DNA from: Candidatus Woesearchaeota archaeon
GTDB lineage: Archaea; Nanobdellota; Nanobdellia; SCGC-AAA011-G17; JACPIM01
Direction: 5' to 3'
NCBI GenBank assembly: GCA_964513145.1
Contig: CAZELK010000001.1
Span: 96,001-160,000 of the forward strand
Length of the DNA stretch: 64,000 nucleotides
In this document: positions 1 through 10,985 of the stretch, piece after piece
How the letters are laid out: each line of letters starts with the position of its first letter
How positions within the stretch are numbered: position 1 is the stretch's first letter
Position numbers and translations under genes: made by a program
Notes under the pieces: generated by a model
Told to the model about the DNA's origin: nothing
What the model saw: only the letters and a program-made list of their open reading frames with translations
The model's database searches: none

Positions 1-703
1 TTAATGAATTAAAAACATATTCTGCAGAATTATATCTGTAACCTGAAATTCTAGATGAACAGAATAGACAAGTATGAGGACAGCCACGGGACGTGTTAAT
101 ACTTATCATAGGCAATCTTTTATATCTAAATGCCGGCTTGTACATTTTTATTGCTGGCAATAAATCAAAAGCTGGTGGGGGCAGTTTATCCAAATCTTCC
201 AATAATTCTCTTGGATGTGTACATTTAATCTGTTTTTTGTCCCTATATGCTATGCCTCTAATTTTTGACAATGATTTCTTTTCTTTCATGGCGTTTACTA
301 CATCCAACATTGTAAATTCAGCTTCACCACGCATTACTATGTCTATTTCTTTATTTTCTTTTAATATATTTGAATAATTATCGCTAGCATATGGACCGCC
401 AATAATTATTGTTGTTTTGTTATTTAATTTTTTAATCATAGTGCTTACTTCAATTGTAGTATTGTGAAGAACAGGAGAAATGCAACCTATGCCTACGATA
501 TCTGGCTTTGATATTTCTAATTTTTCCTTTAGCTGGTCTTTATTTATTTTTAATACAGGACAATCTATAATTTCTACTTCGTATTTTCCTACATCTCTTA
601 ATACAGAAGCGATGTAACAAAGTCCTAAAGGTGGGTATACAGATGTATTACCTTGCCACCTAAGGTCGAATGTTAATGGCAAATTTATAAGACTTATTTT
701 CAT
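1..703 (-). CDS. B12-binding domain radical SAM protein (partial, runs off window start; not in ORF track)
   Basis: Manual translation from ATG 703: MKISLINLP...YPPLGLCYIASVL (B12-binding N-term), IIIGGPYAS, RGEAE, SRGCPHTCLFC (CxxxCxxC). Confidence 0.9.
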   Translation of the reverse strand, partial: MKISLINLPLTFDLRWQGNTSVYPPLGLCYIASVLRDVGKYEVEIIDCPVLKINKDQLKEKLEISKPDIVGIGCISPVLHNTTIEVSTMIKKLNNKTTIIIGGPYASDNYSNILKENKEIDIVMRGEAEFTMLDVVNAMKEKKSLSKIRGIAYRDKKQIKCTHPRELLEDLDKLPPPAFDLLPAIKMYKPAFRYKRLPMISINTSRGCPHTCLFCSSRISGYRYNSAEYVFNSL

Positions 704-865
704 TTTAAAATTTTAAGACTAAACGTCCCTCTTTGATTTTTTATATAAGTTGCATATTTAAAGTTTCCTCTGATTCTTAAATACATTTCCTTGTAATTTA
801 GCAATATTTATATTATGGATAATCTATGTTCGCTGTATGTTAAATTAATTTTTTCTTAAGAAGGG

Positions 866-2677
866 TTGTTATTTATGATTAATGATCAAAAATGGAAAAA
901 AAGATTTCAAGCTTTTAAGCTCGCACTTAGCTGGACTTATAAGGCTTCAAAGACTTTAACTATTTTAATAATTTTAATTTCTATTTTTGGGGGTTTATTG
1001 TCTATTATTGAACCTTATATATTCAAATTAGTGATAGATTCTTTAACAACAGATTTATCTAATAAAGCTAAATTGGGTTTTGGGTTATTTGGCATATTTG
1101 TACTTTATGCACTTATCAGAATTTTAGAAAATATTTTCTGGGATATTGCAAATTTAATAAAAAGGGCGCATTCTTACAGAAATGAAGAAAATACACATTA
1201 TAATATTATGAAACATATTTCTTCATTAGATGTAGTTTATTTTGAAGACCCGAATTATTATAATACTTTATCCAGGGCTACATCAAATATCTGGAGAGTA
1301 ATAGAAGTTTTTTGGTCTATGACTTTTTTAACAAATAATTTTGTCAGTGTTTTCGTTATCATAAGCGCGTTAATTTTTTTTGACTGGAGAATTATTTTAA
1401 TAGTTACTTTGAGTGCAATACCGAGCATAATTTTGGCACTAAATACATCTGAGTTAATATGGAGTGCATTTACTGAAAGCTCACCAATTTCAAGACATGC
1501 TTATTACTATAAATCTTTATTGACTGAACAACCTGATGCTATTAAAGAGATAAGGTCATTTGGACTGAAAGAACATTTTCTAAAAAGATTTAAAAATTTG
1601 TTCGGGACTTTCATAACAAAACAAAATAATGTAGCCAAAAGACAACTTAAATGGTATTTTATTATTTCAATTGTTGAGGGGTCATGTTCGGTTTTAGCAG
1701 CTTATTTGGTTGTTCAATCTTATTTTGATGGAAAAATTTCTCTAGGGACTTTAACTTTTTACTGGGCCTTATTGTTTCAATTTGCAGAACACGTAAGATG
1801 GCTGGTAAGACTTTTAAGTGATATAAATACACATGCAACTTTTTTAACACCTTTAATTGATGTTTTAAATTTTAAGTCTACTATTATTGAACCTGAGAAA
1901 CCCAAGAAATTTCCTTCTAAAATTGAATACGGAATTGAATTTAGAAATGTTACTTTTTATTATCCAAGATCAAAGAAACCAGCTTTAGAAAAAATAAATT
2001 TATTTATTAGACCTAAAGAAAGTATTGCTTTAGTTGGGGAAAATGGATCTGGCAAAACTACTTTAATAAAATTATTATCCAGACTTTATGATGTTAAAGA
2101 TGGGGAGATTTTAATTGATGGAGTTAATATCAAGGAATTTAAATTAGATGATTTATACAGACATATAGGTGCAATATTTCAAGACTTTATGAAATATGAA
2201 GCTTTAATTGAAGAAAATATTGGTTTTGGAAGACTAAAAAATAAAAATAAACAAGATATACATGCCTCTGCTGTTAAAACTGGGGCTTGGGAGTTTATTA
2301 AGAAATTTGAAGAACAGTATAAGACACAATTAGGAAAACGGTTGAAGGATGAAGGAGTAGAATTGTCTGTTGGTCAATGGCAAAAAATAGCTTTAGCAAG
2401 GGCTTTATTTAGAAATGCAGATATATTAATTTTAGATGAACCTACTTCAGCAGTAGATGCAAAAGCAGAATATAAATTATTCAGAAGATTTAAAGAAATA
2501 ACTAAAAACAATATTGCTATTTTAATCTCTCACAGGTTCTCAACTGTTAGAATGGCTAATGAAATAATTGTAATGCACAATGGAAAAATAATTGAAAAAG
2601 GAAGCCATAAACATTTGTTAAAGAAGAATGGGCATTATTCTAAATTGTTTAGATTACAAGCAAAAGGTTATGAATAA
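866..2677 (+). CDS. ABC exporter, fused permease + ATPase (MdlB-like); likely ATG start at 875
   Basis: N-terminal TM helices; Walker A GENGSGKTT, signature LSVGQWQK, Walker B ILILDEPT, switch ISHR. Confidence 0.92.
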   Translation: MLFMINDQKWKKRFQAFKLALSWTYKASKTLTILIILISIFGGLLSIIEPYIFKLVIDSLTTDLSNKAKLGFGLFGIFVLYALIRILENIFWDIANLIKRAHSYRNEENTHYNIMKHISSLDVVYFEDPNYYNTLSRATSNIWRVIEVFWSMTFLTNNFVSVFVIISALIFFDWRIILIVTLSAIPSIILALNTSELIWSAFTESSPISRHAYYYKSLLTEQPDAIKEIRSFGLKEHFLKRFKNLFGTFITKQNNVAKRQLKWYFIISIVEGSCSVLAAYLVVQSYFDGKISLGTLTFYWALLFQFAEHVRWLVRLLSDINTHATFLTPLIDVLNFKSTIIEPEKPKKFPSKIEYGIEFRNVTFYYPRSKKPALEKINLFIRPKESIALVGENGSGKTTLIKLLSRLYDVKDGEILIDGVNIKEFKLDDLYRHIGAIFQDFMKYEALIEENIGFGRLKNKNKQDIHASAVKTGAWEFIKKFEEQYKTQLGKRLKDEGVELSVGQWQKIALARALFRNADILILDEPTSAVDAKAEYKLFRRFKEITKNNIAILISHRFSTVRMANEIIVMHNGKIIEKGSHKHLLKKNGHYSKLFRLQAKGYE

Positions 2678-2717
2678 TTAGGAAAGTTTTATAATTTATC
2701 TTTTTATAAGTGAATTT

Positions 2718-3464
2718 ATGAAAACACCAGGAATTTTAGTTTTAAAGCAAACTCTTGGATATGAGAGATGCAGACTTGTAAGGAAGACTGTATCTGGGGG
2801 TAAGGTTTTGGATATAGGCTGCGGAACAGGCCATAATTTAATATTGATTTCTAAAAAAATAAATCACGGCTTGGGAATAGATATTGGCGAGGATAGATTG
2901 GAAATTGCAAGAAGAGTTGCTGAACTGAATAATTTAAAAAATTTAAGTTTTGAAAACAAATCAGCTTTAAGAAATGATTTAAAAAAAGAGTCTTTTGACT
3001 GGATAATTTGCACTGAAGTTATAGAACATTTAAAAGATGATGATCTTCTTTTGGACAATATGACGAAATGGCTCAATGTCAATGGAAAATTAATAATTAC
3101 TACACCAGCAAAGAAAATGTTTACTATAATAAACCAAAAATTAAGGGATTTTGTAGGTGAGCCTGATCATGTCAGGTCAGGATATACAATAAAAGAATTA
3201 ACTGAAAAACTAGAAAAAAGAAATTTTACTGTTGAATATGCTGAATACTATGGGCAGTTTTTTTCCACTTTTATACATTATATGTCATCTTTTTTTGCAA
3301 AAAATAAAGACGTGAAAATAGAAAAAGGAGAACCAAAATTATTTATTTACAATTTATATAAAATTATTTGGCCGTTATTATTTTTAATTTCCAGATTAGA
3401 CTATTTTGTTCCCAGAAAAACAGAAGGCGGATTTATTTTTTTAGTAGCTAAGAAATTAAAATAA
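2718..3464 (+). CDS. Class I SAM-dependent methyltransferase
   Basis: VLDIGCGTG motif I; FDWIICTEVIEHL; LIITTP. Confidence 0.9.
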   Translation: MKTPGILVLKQTLGYERCRLVRKTVSGGKVLDIGCGTGHNLILISKKINHGLGIDIGEDRLEIARRVAELNNLKNLSFENKSALRNDLKKESFDWIICTEVIEHLKDDDLLLDNMTKWLNVNGKLIITTPAKKMFTIINQKLRDFVGEPDHVRSGYTIKELTEKLEKRNFTVEYAEYYGQFFSTFIHYMSSFFAKNKDVKIEKGEPKLFIYNLYKIIWPLLFLISRLDYFVPRKTEGGFIFLVAKKLK

Positions 3465-5051
3465 TTATTCTGTGATCATTGGCTGAATCACTTTATTCTC
3501 TTGGGTAATTTTCACGTTAATTTCTGATGGTTCTGATTTAGGCTTATTTTTTATTTTTTTTCTATAATATTTCTCCAATATTTTAATTTCATAGAATTTA
3601 TCATAAATTCCCAAAGTCCATCTTAATTTGCACCAGAAAGCAAATGCATAAATAAATAATTTTGGCGCTTTTATTGCATTAGCGCTAGAAACATATCTGT
3701 CCCTAATTTGTTTCCAGTTATTTGATGCAAATTTTGTATATAACAGCAAATAATCTACAAAAACAGGATCTTCAATCCATGGAAAGAATTTAGATGTAGG
3801 AGAGAATTCCATTTCAGAATATAATCTTGGCCAATCTTCTAGTTTTTGAGGTGATTTCCATCCTAATCTAACAGCATCATTAAACATTTCTCCACCAGGA
3901 TAAGGTCTGTAAGGCTGGGGGCCAAGAATATTTGAATTAGGATTTAATTTCTTAATTTTTTTAATAACTTTTATTGTTTCTATCATTTCTTTTTTTGTCT
4001 CAAAAGGCAGACCTATCATGAATGAGTATAAACCTCTTATGCCATATTTTTGCAAAGTTTTAGCAGTTATTAAAATGTCTTCAACAGTTCCATCCTTGTG
4101 CATTAAATCCAGCATTCTTTGGCTACCGCTTTCAGCACCAATATTTATTTCTTCGCAATTAGTTTTGTTCATTAAATCCAGGACTTCTTCATCCATTAAC
4201 CCTCTTCTGAAATAATCTGCCTTGCTATTTGCCTGCCATTGTATCTTGACATTATTTGCAATTAATCCTTTTAGTATTGCCTTGACTCTTGGAATACTTA
4301 CGAAAAATAATTCATCCCTAATTCTTATTTTAGAAATTCCTAAATTATGATAAACATTTGATAATTCATTTACTACTTTTTCGGGAGATTTCCCACGCCA
4401 TCTATTTTGCGTAACAACATTTATACAAAAAGAACATCTGTGAGGACAACCCCTGCTTGTTGATACTGGGAAATACATTTGTGTATTATTTGACCTGAAT
4501 CTTTCAAGCATTTCTTCATCTATCAAGCTCCAGTCAGGAGAAGGCATTTTGTCTACATCTATTAAAGGCTGGGGCGGATTAATTACTAATTTTCCATCTT
4601 TTTTATAACCCAGACCCAAAATCTTTTCATAAGATTTTTTATTTTTTAGAGCCATATATAAATTGTATAATGGTTCCTCGCCTTCACCTTTAATAATAAA
4701 ATCTACATATTTATGCTCCAGGGTTTGTTCTGCATATAAAGTTGCGTTAGGACCACCCCAAACAAATTTGACTTTTGGATTTACAGATTTTATTGCTTCA
4801 GTAATTTCAAATGCAGAAGCAATCTGGGCATTCATTACACCCAAGCCAACTAAAATTACATCCTTTCCCAATTCTTTTATATAATCAATATAATCTGATT
4901 TAACAGAGCAGTCAGCTAATTTAACTTTGATACCTTTAGAAATTAAATATGAACCTACTTCAACTAAATCAGGGGGTATATTTTGAAAAAATTCGAATCC
5001 TTTCTGATTAAAACTCGGATTTATAAGCAAGACGTCAAAACTTTTTTCCAT
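3465..5051 (-). CDS. B12-binding domain radical SAM protein
   Basis: VWGGPNAT, KGEGE, SRGCPHRCSFC, RDELFF, GAESGSQRML. Confidence 0.9.
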   Translation of the reverse strand: MEKSFDVLLINPSFNQKGFEFFQNIPPDLVEVGSYLISKGIKVKLADCSVKSDYIDYIKELGKDVILVGLGVMNAQIASAFEITEAIKSVNPKVKFVWGGPNATLYAEQTLEHKYVDFIIKGEGEEPLYNLYMALKNKKSYEKILGLGYKKDGKLVINPPQPLIDVDKMPSPDWSLIDEEMLERFRSNNTQMYFPVSTSRGCPHRCSFCINVVTQNRWRGKSPEKVVNELSNVYHNLGISKIRIRDELFFVSIPRVKAILKGLIANNVKIQWQANSKADYFRRGLMDEEVLDLMNKTNCEEINIGAESGSQRMLDLMHKDGTVEDILITAKTLQKYGIRGLYSFMIGLPFETKKEMIETIKVIKKIKKLNPNSNILGPQPYRPYPGGEMFNDAVRLGWKSPQKLEDWPRLYSEMEFSPTSKFFPWIEDPVFVDYLLLYTKFASNNWKQIRDRYVSSANAIKAPKLFIYAFAFWCKLRWTLGIYDKFYEIKILEKYYRKKIKNKPKSEPSEINVKITQENKVIQPMITE

Positions 5052-5111
5052 TAGCTATAGTTAAGCTGACTTATTTAAATATTTTTTGTTATTGTTTTTT
5101 GGTAAAATTAA

Positions 5112-5699
5112 CTACTTTTCAGCATAAACCACGAAACCACAAGGAATCCTTGTTTTTTTAGATTTAATCATGGCTATTAAAGGATTAAAAAAATTTAACA
5201 CTAATTTAATAATGCCTATGTTTAACAACTGCCATATTGACTGGAGCTTGTTACCATGATGGTAAATTTCAACTTTTTTAAAATCTTTAAACAACAATTT
5301 TAATGAATCTTGAGTAAATCTATAATAATCTTTTGGGTTTGGATGAAAATGTTCAATAAATGGTGCTGATAAAATGCAAACTCCGCCATTTTTTAATACC
5401 CTATAAATTTCATTTATTGTTTTTTCCGGATTTTCAAGATGTTCAATAAGGTGGGTTGCTATTACTGCATCAAAATAACTTGAATTATAAGAACATTTGA
5501 AATTATCTTTCCCTTTAAGATCCAGCTTTATTAATTTTGTATTTGGCATATTTATTTTTTCTAGGCTTATGTCCAATACAATGCCTGGCTTTAATTTTTT
5601 GAACTGTTTTTTAAGCAAAGAGTTTAAACCTAATCTGTAAACAGAGGGAATTTTTAATTGTGGAAGAAATTTTGCTATATGTTCGAAAGATTTTTCCAT
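5112..5699 (-). CDS. Methyltransferase type 11-like protein, degenerate motif I
   Basis: FDAVIATHLIEHLENP...YRVLKNGG...SAPF; motif I reads VLDISL (no GxG). Confidence 0.75.
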   Translation of the reverse strand: MEKSFEHIAKFLPQLKIPSVYRLGLNSLLKKQFKKLKPGIVLDISLEKINMPNTKLIKLDLKGKDNFKCSYNSSYFDAVIATHLIEHLENPEKTINEIYRVLKNGGVCILSAPFIEHFHPNPKDYYRFTQDSLKLLFKDFKKVEIYHHGNKLQSIWQLLNIGIIKLVLNFFNPLIAMIKSKKTRIPCGFVVYAEK

Positions 5700-5703
5700 T
5701 TGT

Positions 5704-6870
5704 TCAATTAGGCAAAATTATTTGTTCTTTTTTATTTGGTTTTTCAACAACTATTAATTTTTCACAGGTAATACAAATCGGGAGAATCGGGTTATTTACA
5801 AATTTCTTCCTAAATTCTTCAAGCTCTTTTCCATACCATATCTCTTCAAAAGACTGCTTTAATATATTTCCAAAACTTTTTTTAATTGCAAAACAAAATA
5901 TGAACTCGCCGGAGCAGTCAATTCTAGGCGCAAGCAAATGCTTACAAAAATGCTCTTCATTTTTATATAATCTGTAAAAATATTTATTCAACCTTTTTTT
6001 AAGAAAAAATGGGTAATAACCGAAAGGAAGGTTTAATTTGTCAGCTGTGTCTTCATATTCATTTAATGCAACTTTTAATTCTTCAATTGAATATGGCGGC
6101 ATTACATCATCACCAACAGACAATGGAAAATTATTTATTGTATTTTCCAGATTTAACATTTTTGCTGTTTCTTCAATTATTTCTTTAGTATATCTTTTTT
6201 CAAATTTAAGCTCCATGTAATTTGCGCCAGAGTTTTTTATTTCTTTTACTAATTCTTTAATATGGCTTAAATTTTCTTTTGTAATTATAGAAGAAACATT
6301 AACTAAAATACCTTTTTTTCTCATTAACTTTATGCTTTCCATTGCTCTTTGATAGGCTTTATCCCAACCCCGGACAATATTGTGTATTTTTTCAGGTCCA
6401 TCTATAGAAACAGTAACTGATGTCATGTCTTTATGCTCTGCTATATTTTTTATTAAATTTTCAGACATTAATGTGGCGTTTGTTATCATGTTAATCTGAA
6501 CATGTTTTTCTTTGCAATATTTTATTATATCAATTAAGTCAGACCTTAATGTGAGTTCTCCGCCGACCATGTTAATATGCTTAATGAATGGCATTTTTTC
6601 CATCATTATCTTAAAATCATTAAAATCCATCTCTTTAACTTTTGCAGTGGAATCAAAATTTATAAAACAAAAATTACATCTTAAATTGCATTTGCCTGTG
6701 GGCTCCCAAATTATTGAATCTGGCAATGGCATAACATTATTTGAAATATATTTCTTATAATCTCTGTATAAACCATTAAAATATTTTTTCATGTATCTAT
6801 CTCTAGCAAAATGCAGCAATCCAATTCTAGAAGCAAAGTTTTTTAATTTATTTGAAACAATTAATCTCAT
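5704..6870 (-). CDS. Radical SAM protein with C-terminal SPASM/twitch-like domain
   Basis: CNLRCNFC, GGEL, ITNATL, VSIDG; C-term C...GEFIFC...GNIL...CITC. Confidence 0.88.
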   Translation of the reverse strand: MRLIVSNKLKNFASRIGLLHFARDRYMKKYFNGLYRDYKKYISNNVMPLPDSIIWEPTGKCNLRCNFCFINFDSTAKVKEMDFNDFKIMMEKMPFIKHINMVGGELTLRSDLIDIIKYCKEKHVQINMITNATLMSENLIKNIAEHKDMTSVTVSIDGPEKIHNIVRGWDKAYQRAMESIKLMRKKGILVNVSSIITKENLSHIKELVKEIKNSGANYMELKFEKRYTKEIIEETAKMLNLENTINNFPLSVGDDVMPPYSIEELKVALNEYEDTADKLNLPFGYYPFFLKKRLNKYFYRLYKNEEHFCKHLLAPRIDCSGEFIFCFAIKKSFGNILKQSFEEIWYGKELEEFRKKFVNNPILPICITCEKLIVVEKPNKKEQIILPN

Positions 6871-6906
6871 AATGTTAAAATTATCATATTCTATTTAAAT
6901 TTTCCT

Positions 6907-8637
6907 TTATAATTTATAAACATTAAAATTCTCTGTCTGCTTTACTAATTTTAAGCTCAATTTATGCGTTGAAATTACATAATCCATTCTTTTAGTTTTA
7001 TTAGTATCATCAAAAAATAGATTATTATTCATCCAAAATCCTGCCAAAGCCAAATATTGTTCCTTATACTGAGATTCTTTTATTTTGGCAAACAGGGCTT
7101 TTTTATTTTCTAAAGGGTTGCCTTCATCCCTTATGTCAAACAATATGTTTTTATTTACTATATTGTTTTCATCAAACCACAACCCAAGATTTAATTGTTC
7201 ATTATTTTTTAAAGTTTCATTTTTATAAAACGCAATTCCAAAATTTAATGTTAATGTTATTATGTTTACTGCAACAATTATATAGAATACTTTTTTGAAA
7301 TTTAATTTGTTTATTAATAATATTGAAAGCGGAATTAGTGCAAATATAATCAACATTATTATGTATACTGAAATATTAAATTCGGGATTTAAAGTTTTTT
7401 TAATAATAAAATCGAAAAAGCTTTTTATTGCACCAAAAATTGTTAATGACAGATTATTTATCGGGAATAAAGGCGTAAGATTTAGCTGAGATCCTATAAT
7501 AAAAAATGGCAGGCTTGAAATTATAATTTTTTTTAATGTCTTTTTATTTGGTTGTACATAATATCTATTAAGTCCTATTGTCCCAATAATAAATACGAGC
7601 GGGATTAATACATCAGTGTATCTTAAAATTGGTCTTCCTGCAAAATAACTAAATATCTTTGGCAGATTTTCTGGCTGCGGACCCAGCGCATTATTGGACA
7701 AAGCAAGAGTAAATGTTACAATAGTTATAATAGACAGCATTACAAAAATCCTGACTTTATTTTCTTTTATTTTTAATGCAAAAAATGAACCAAAAAAGAA
7801 GAAAATACCAGAAGATATTGCCAAAGCAATTGTATGCAATATTATCCAATTAAATAAAGATAAAAAATAATAACCTTTATGCTTCTCAGGGCTTAAAGCA
7901 GATTCCACATTATCCTTAAATGTTTCCCCTAACACTCCTTTTATGCTCGGCTCCAAAACTAAATAATTTCTTATTAACCATGGAGATATAATCAAAATTA
8001 TGATAAATAAACAGAGGATTAAATTTTTAATTTTTAATTTTTCTTTAAATAATAACTTATTTGCTATATGACTTATAAAATAAATTATTATTAATGATAA
8101 CCCTAATTCTTTAGTTAAATAACTTAACGATATAAATAGTCCAGCAAAGAAATTATTTTTTGCATTGTTTTCTTTTAATGAGTTATATATAAAATATATT
8201 GATGTTAAGAACAATGGATAGAACAGGTTTTCGGATAAAAGATAATATGAAAATGAGAAGCTTACAGGCAATAAAGCTATTAAAATTGCGATTGGAATTA
8301 TCTGTTTTTCTTCCAAAAATTCTTTAGCCAATAAATAGGCTGGAATGATTATTGAAGTTGAGACAAATGCATTTATAATTTTCATTGATAAATATACAAA
8401 CTGCATTTTATCAAATAAATATGATATTGACAGCACTATAGGGTATAAAGGCTGATAAAATGGAGATGGATTTTGAGACAAACTAAAATCCAGATTATAA
8501 AAAAAACTTCTTGCCAGTTTTGAATAAATATATTCATCCCAAAATCCTGTCGGAGAATTAATAAAATATGATAAAATTATTTTAGTTAAAACTATTATTG
8601 AGTATATTAACATTAGTTTTTTTGCTACTGGTTTCAT
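6907..8637 (-). CDS. GT-C fold membrane glycosyltransferase (ArnT/PMT-like, GT39/83-like)
   Basis: Polytopic; WDEYIY after TM1, PLYP, LSENL, LTKE, PWLIRN. Confidence 0.75.
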   Translation of the reverse strand: MKPVAKKLMLIYSIIVLTKIILSYFINSPTGFWDEYIYSKLARSFFYNLDFSLSQNPSPFYQPLYPIVLSISYLFDKMQFVYLSMKIINAFVSTSIIIPAYLLAKEFLEEKQIIPIAILIALLPVSFSFSYYLLSENLFYPLFLTSIYFIYNSLKENNAKNNFFAGLFISLSYLTKELGLSLIIIYFISHIANKLLFKEKLKIKNLILCLFIIILIISPWLIRNYLVLEPSIKGVLGETFKDNVESALSPEKHKGYYFLSLFNWIILHTIALAISSGIFFFFGSFFALKIKENKVRIFVMLSIITIVTFTLALSNNALGPQPENLPKIFSYFAGRPILRYTDVLIPLVFIIGTIGLNRYYVQPNKKTLKKIIISSLPFFIIGSQLNLTPLFPINNLSLTIFGAIKSFFDFIIKKTLNPEFNISVYIIMLIIFALIPLSILLINKLNFKKVFYIIVAVNIITLTLNFGIAFYKNETLKNNEQLNLGLWFDENNIVNKNILFDIRDEGNPLENKKALFAKIKESQYKEQYLALAGFWMNNNLFFDDTNKTKRMDYVISTHKLSLKLVKQTENFNVYKL

Positions 8638-8675
8638 ATATTAAGACTTATATTTTCCTTTCTTAAATCTTTTTG

Positions 8676-9362
8676 CTAGAATTTTATGGTTTTATTTTTA
8701 ATTAAGTGCCTGCATTTTATTGAAGTGTCTGCGTATATTTTGAAATTTAGTTTCCGAGCATCATAACAGAACCAGGTATCATCACATGAATCATTATTTT
8801 CTTCAACCCTGAATTTTACTTTTTCCAAAACAGACCTGTGAATTAACACACATCCAAGACCGCATATTGCGACTTCCTTTAAATTATTATCTTCAACTTC
8901 TCCCGATGTTAATTGTATTACTTCGTCTTTATTGACTTGTTTCCATAAAAGAGGGAGAATTACTTTTTTGTTTATATTTTTGTTATTTACTTCGACATCA
9001 TATTCTTTATAATAAACTGCAGAAACAATTTCTTTTTTATGACTTAATAATCTCTCAATTAAGTTTATTGGCGGAATTACATCTATTTCCAGACTTAAGA
9101 AATAATCATAATTTTCATTTAATACTTTTTCACGCAGAATATTTCTATCTCTAGCAACTAATTCCCTTAAATTTTCCATTCTTTCTGTTTTTATTACCGG
9201 GATTTTAGATTTTAATTCGTTAAAGTAAGAGTTATCTTTAGAATTATCTATTAATAAGAAATCTGCATTTTTATATGCCAATGACTTAACTGCATTTAAG
9301 TAATCTTCTTTACAATACTTGTAATAATCTGCTGTTGGACAGCCAACTAATATTTTTATCAT
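8676..9362 (-). CDS. GT-A fold glycosyltransferase (GT2-like)
   Basis: ILVGCPT, LIDNS, YFLSLEIDV, CGLGCVLIHR, CDDTWFC. Confidence 0.75.
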   Translation of the reverse strand: MIKILVGCPTADYYKYCKEDYLNAVKSLAYKNADFLLIDNSKDNSYFNELKSKIPVIKTERMENLRELVARDRNILREKVLNENYDYFLSLEIDVIPPINLIERLLSHKKEIVSAVYYKEYDVEVNNKNINKKVILPLLWKQVNKDEVIQLTSGEVEDNNLKEVAICGLGCVLIHRSVLEKVKFRVEENNDSCDDTWFCYDARKLNFKIYADTSIKCRHLIKNKTIKF

Positions 9363-9419
9363 TCTTTTTTCTTGTTGCTTTCAATATAAAAGATTTCTCA
9401 TAGATATTTTTATAAAAGC

Positions 9420-10460
9420 GTGTTTTTATCAAATAGGTTTATGAGAAATGAATTTTACCTAGAACTTGTAAATAATGGGGTTACAAAACTTCTCAATTTT
9501 CAAGATACAAGGCTAAATTCCTTAACTGAAGGATGTTTTTTTTACCCTTACTGGAGATTAAGAAAAGAATCATTTGTAAATTCAAGATGGCAAGAGGCTG
9601 TTTTGACATTAAGCTGGTTTTATAATAAATATAATTCAGAGGACATTTGGACAAAAATAATCAAAGGAATAGACTTTTGGTGCAAATTACAACATAGAAA
9701 CGGTGCTTTTCCTGAATATTCCAGATTAGACAGAAGTTTTTCAGCAACTGCTTTTTCTACATTGGCTATGATAAATTCCATTATACTTTTGAATTATTCG
9801 AAAGAAAAATGGATTGAAAAAATAACAAAAAGCTGTGAATATTTGATGAAGAATGATGAGTTTTTTTTAACTAGCCAAGAGGCTGCGGCTGCATTAGTTT
9901 TATTAAAATTTGGAAATTATACAAACAATATAAAATACATTAAAGAAAGTGAAAGAAAAATAAAATTAGTCTTAAAAAATCAAAATGCCAAAGGTTATTT
10001 TAAAGAAAACAACAGGTTTGATTTTAACCACAGTACTTTAACTTTAGAATTGTTGGGGCAATACTATTTAGCTACTGATGAAAAATTTATTTTAGATTCA
10101 GTTTCAAAATTTATTGATTTTACAGTTAATCTTGACTTTAGACCTTTAAAAAATATTAACTGGGTTGTTGTAAGCGGCTTTGAAATATCTTCAGACAAGA
10201 CTTTAAATGGAAACCAGGCTTTAATCAAGATTTTAAATAATTTTGATGTAAGACATTTAGAATCTGATAAAAATTACTGCACTGATTTATACAGGTTATG
10301 TTATGCTTATGATAATTTTAAAACTGACTTGGAACATACTGATTTAGAGAAGAATATTAATACACAGAAAAATAATCTTATTTACAGACCTTCGAGATTT
10401 TTAAATTTGATAAGACCTTTTGGGATTCATAACTTTAGAAAATTGAAATATTTATTTTAG
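9420..10460 (+). CDS. Alpha/alpha-toroid (prenyltransferase/squalene-oxidase repeat-like) protein
   Basis: QW-like repeats WCKLQHRNGAFPE and LKNQNAKGYFKE; helical composition. Confidence 0.5.
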   Translation: MFLSNRFMRNEFYLELVNNGVTKLLNFQDTRLNSLTEGCFFYPYWRLRKESFVNSRWQEAVLTLSWFYNKYNSEDIWTKIIKGIDFWCKLQHRNGAFPEYSRLDRSFSATAFSTLAMINSIILLNYSKEKWIEKITKSCEYLMKNDEFFLTSQEAAAALVLLKFGNYTNNIKYIKESERKIKLVLKNQNAKGYFKENNRFDFNHSTLTLELLGQYYLATDEKFILDSVSKFIDFTVNLDFRPLKNINWVVVSGFEISSDKTLNGNQALIKILNNFDVRHLESDKNYCTDLYRLCYAYDNFKTDLEHTDLEKNINTQKNNLIYRPSRFLNLIRPFGIHNFRKLKYLF

Positions 10461-10904
10461 TTTTCTTATTGCATCTACAATTTTGTTGAAAGCATCAGGA
10501 GTATTTGCACAAGATTCAACTCTGATTGTTTTCTCGTTTTCATTAAAGTAAGTTTTCAATAAAATACTAGAACAATCTGAACCAGCACCCTCCATATAAG
10601 GCGGAATTGAGTTAAATTCCTTGCTTTGAACCAAAGATTTCAAATAATTTAAATCTGACTCCGACAACTGACTTTCTGTTTTAGTTTCCTGCTTATTTTT
10701 ATTTATTAATGTTATAAAATATTTTCCAGAATTATAAATTTCATATTTTTGTTCTACTTGGCTGAATCCAGCTAGATCATTTAGAGAGATTATAACATAA
10801 TCTTTTTCTTCTTGCTGGTATATTGTTTCAGGCTCTTTAGGAGCACAACCATTTAAAACTAATAAAGCCAATAATCCTAAAATGAAGTAAATTTTTGTTT
10901 TCAT
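10452..10904 (-). CDS. Putative lipoprotein
   Basis: MKTK + hydrophobic stretch + LNGC lipobox. Confidence 0.6.
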   Translation of the reverse strand: MKTKIYFILGLLALLVLNGCAPKEPETIYQQEEKDYVIISLNDLAGFSQVEQKYEIYNSGKYFITLINKNKQETKTESQLSESDLNYLKSLVQSKEFNSIPPYMEGAGSDCSSILLKTYFNENEKTIRVESCANTPDAFNKIVDAIRKLK

Positions 10905-10985
10905 AATATTTTGTAAATATTTCTATTTTTAAAGGTTTCTTAATAAAATAGTAATTTATTAGTGGTAACCTACGAAAGATTTAAT

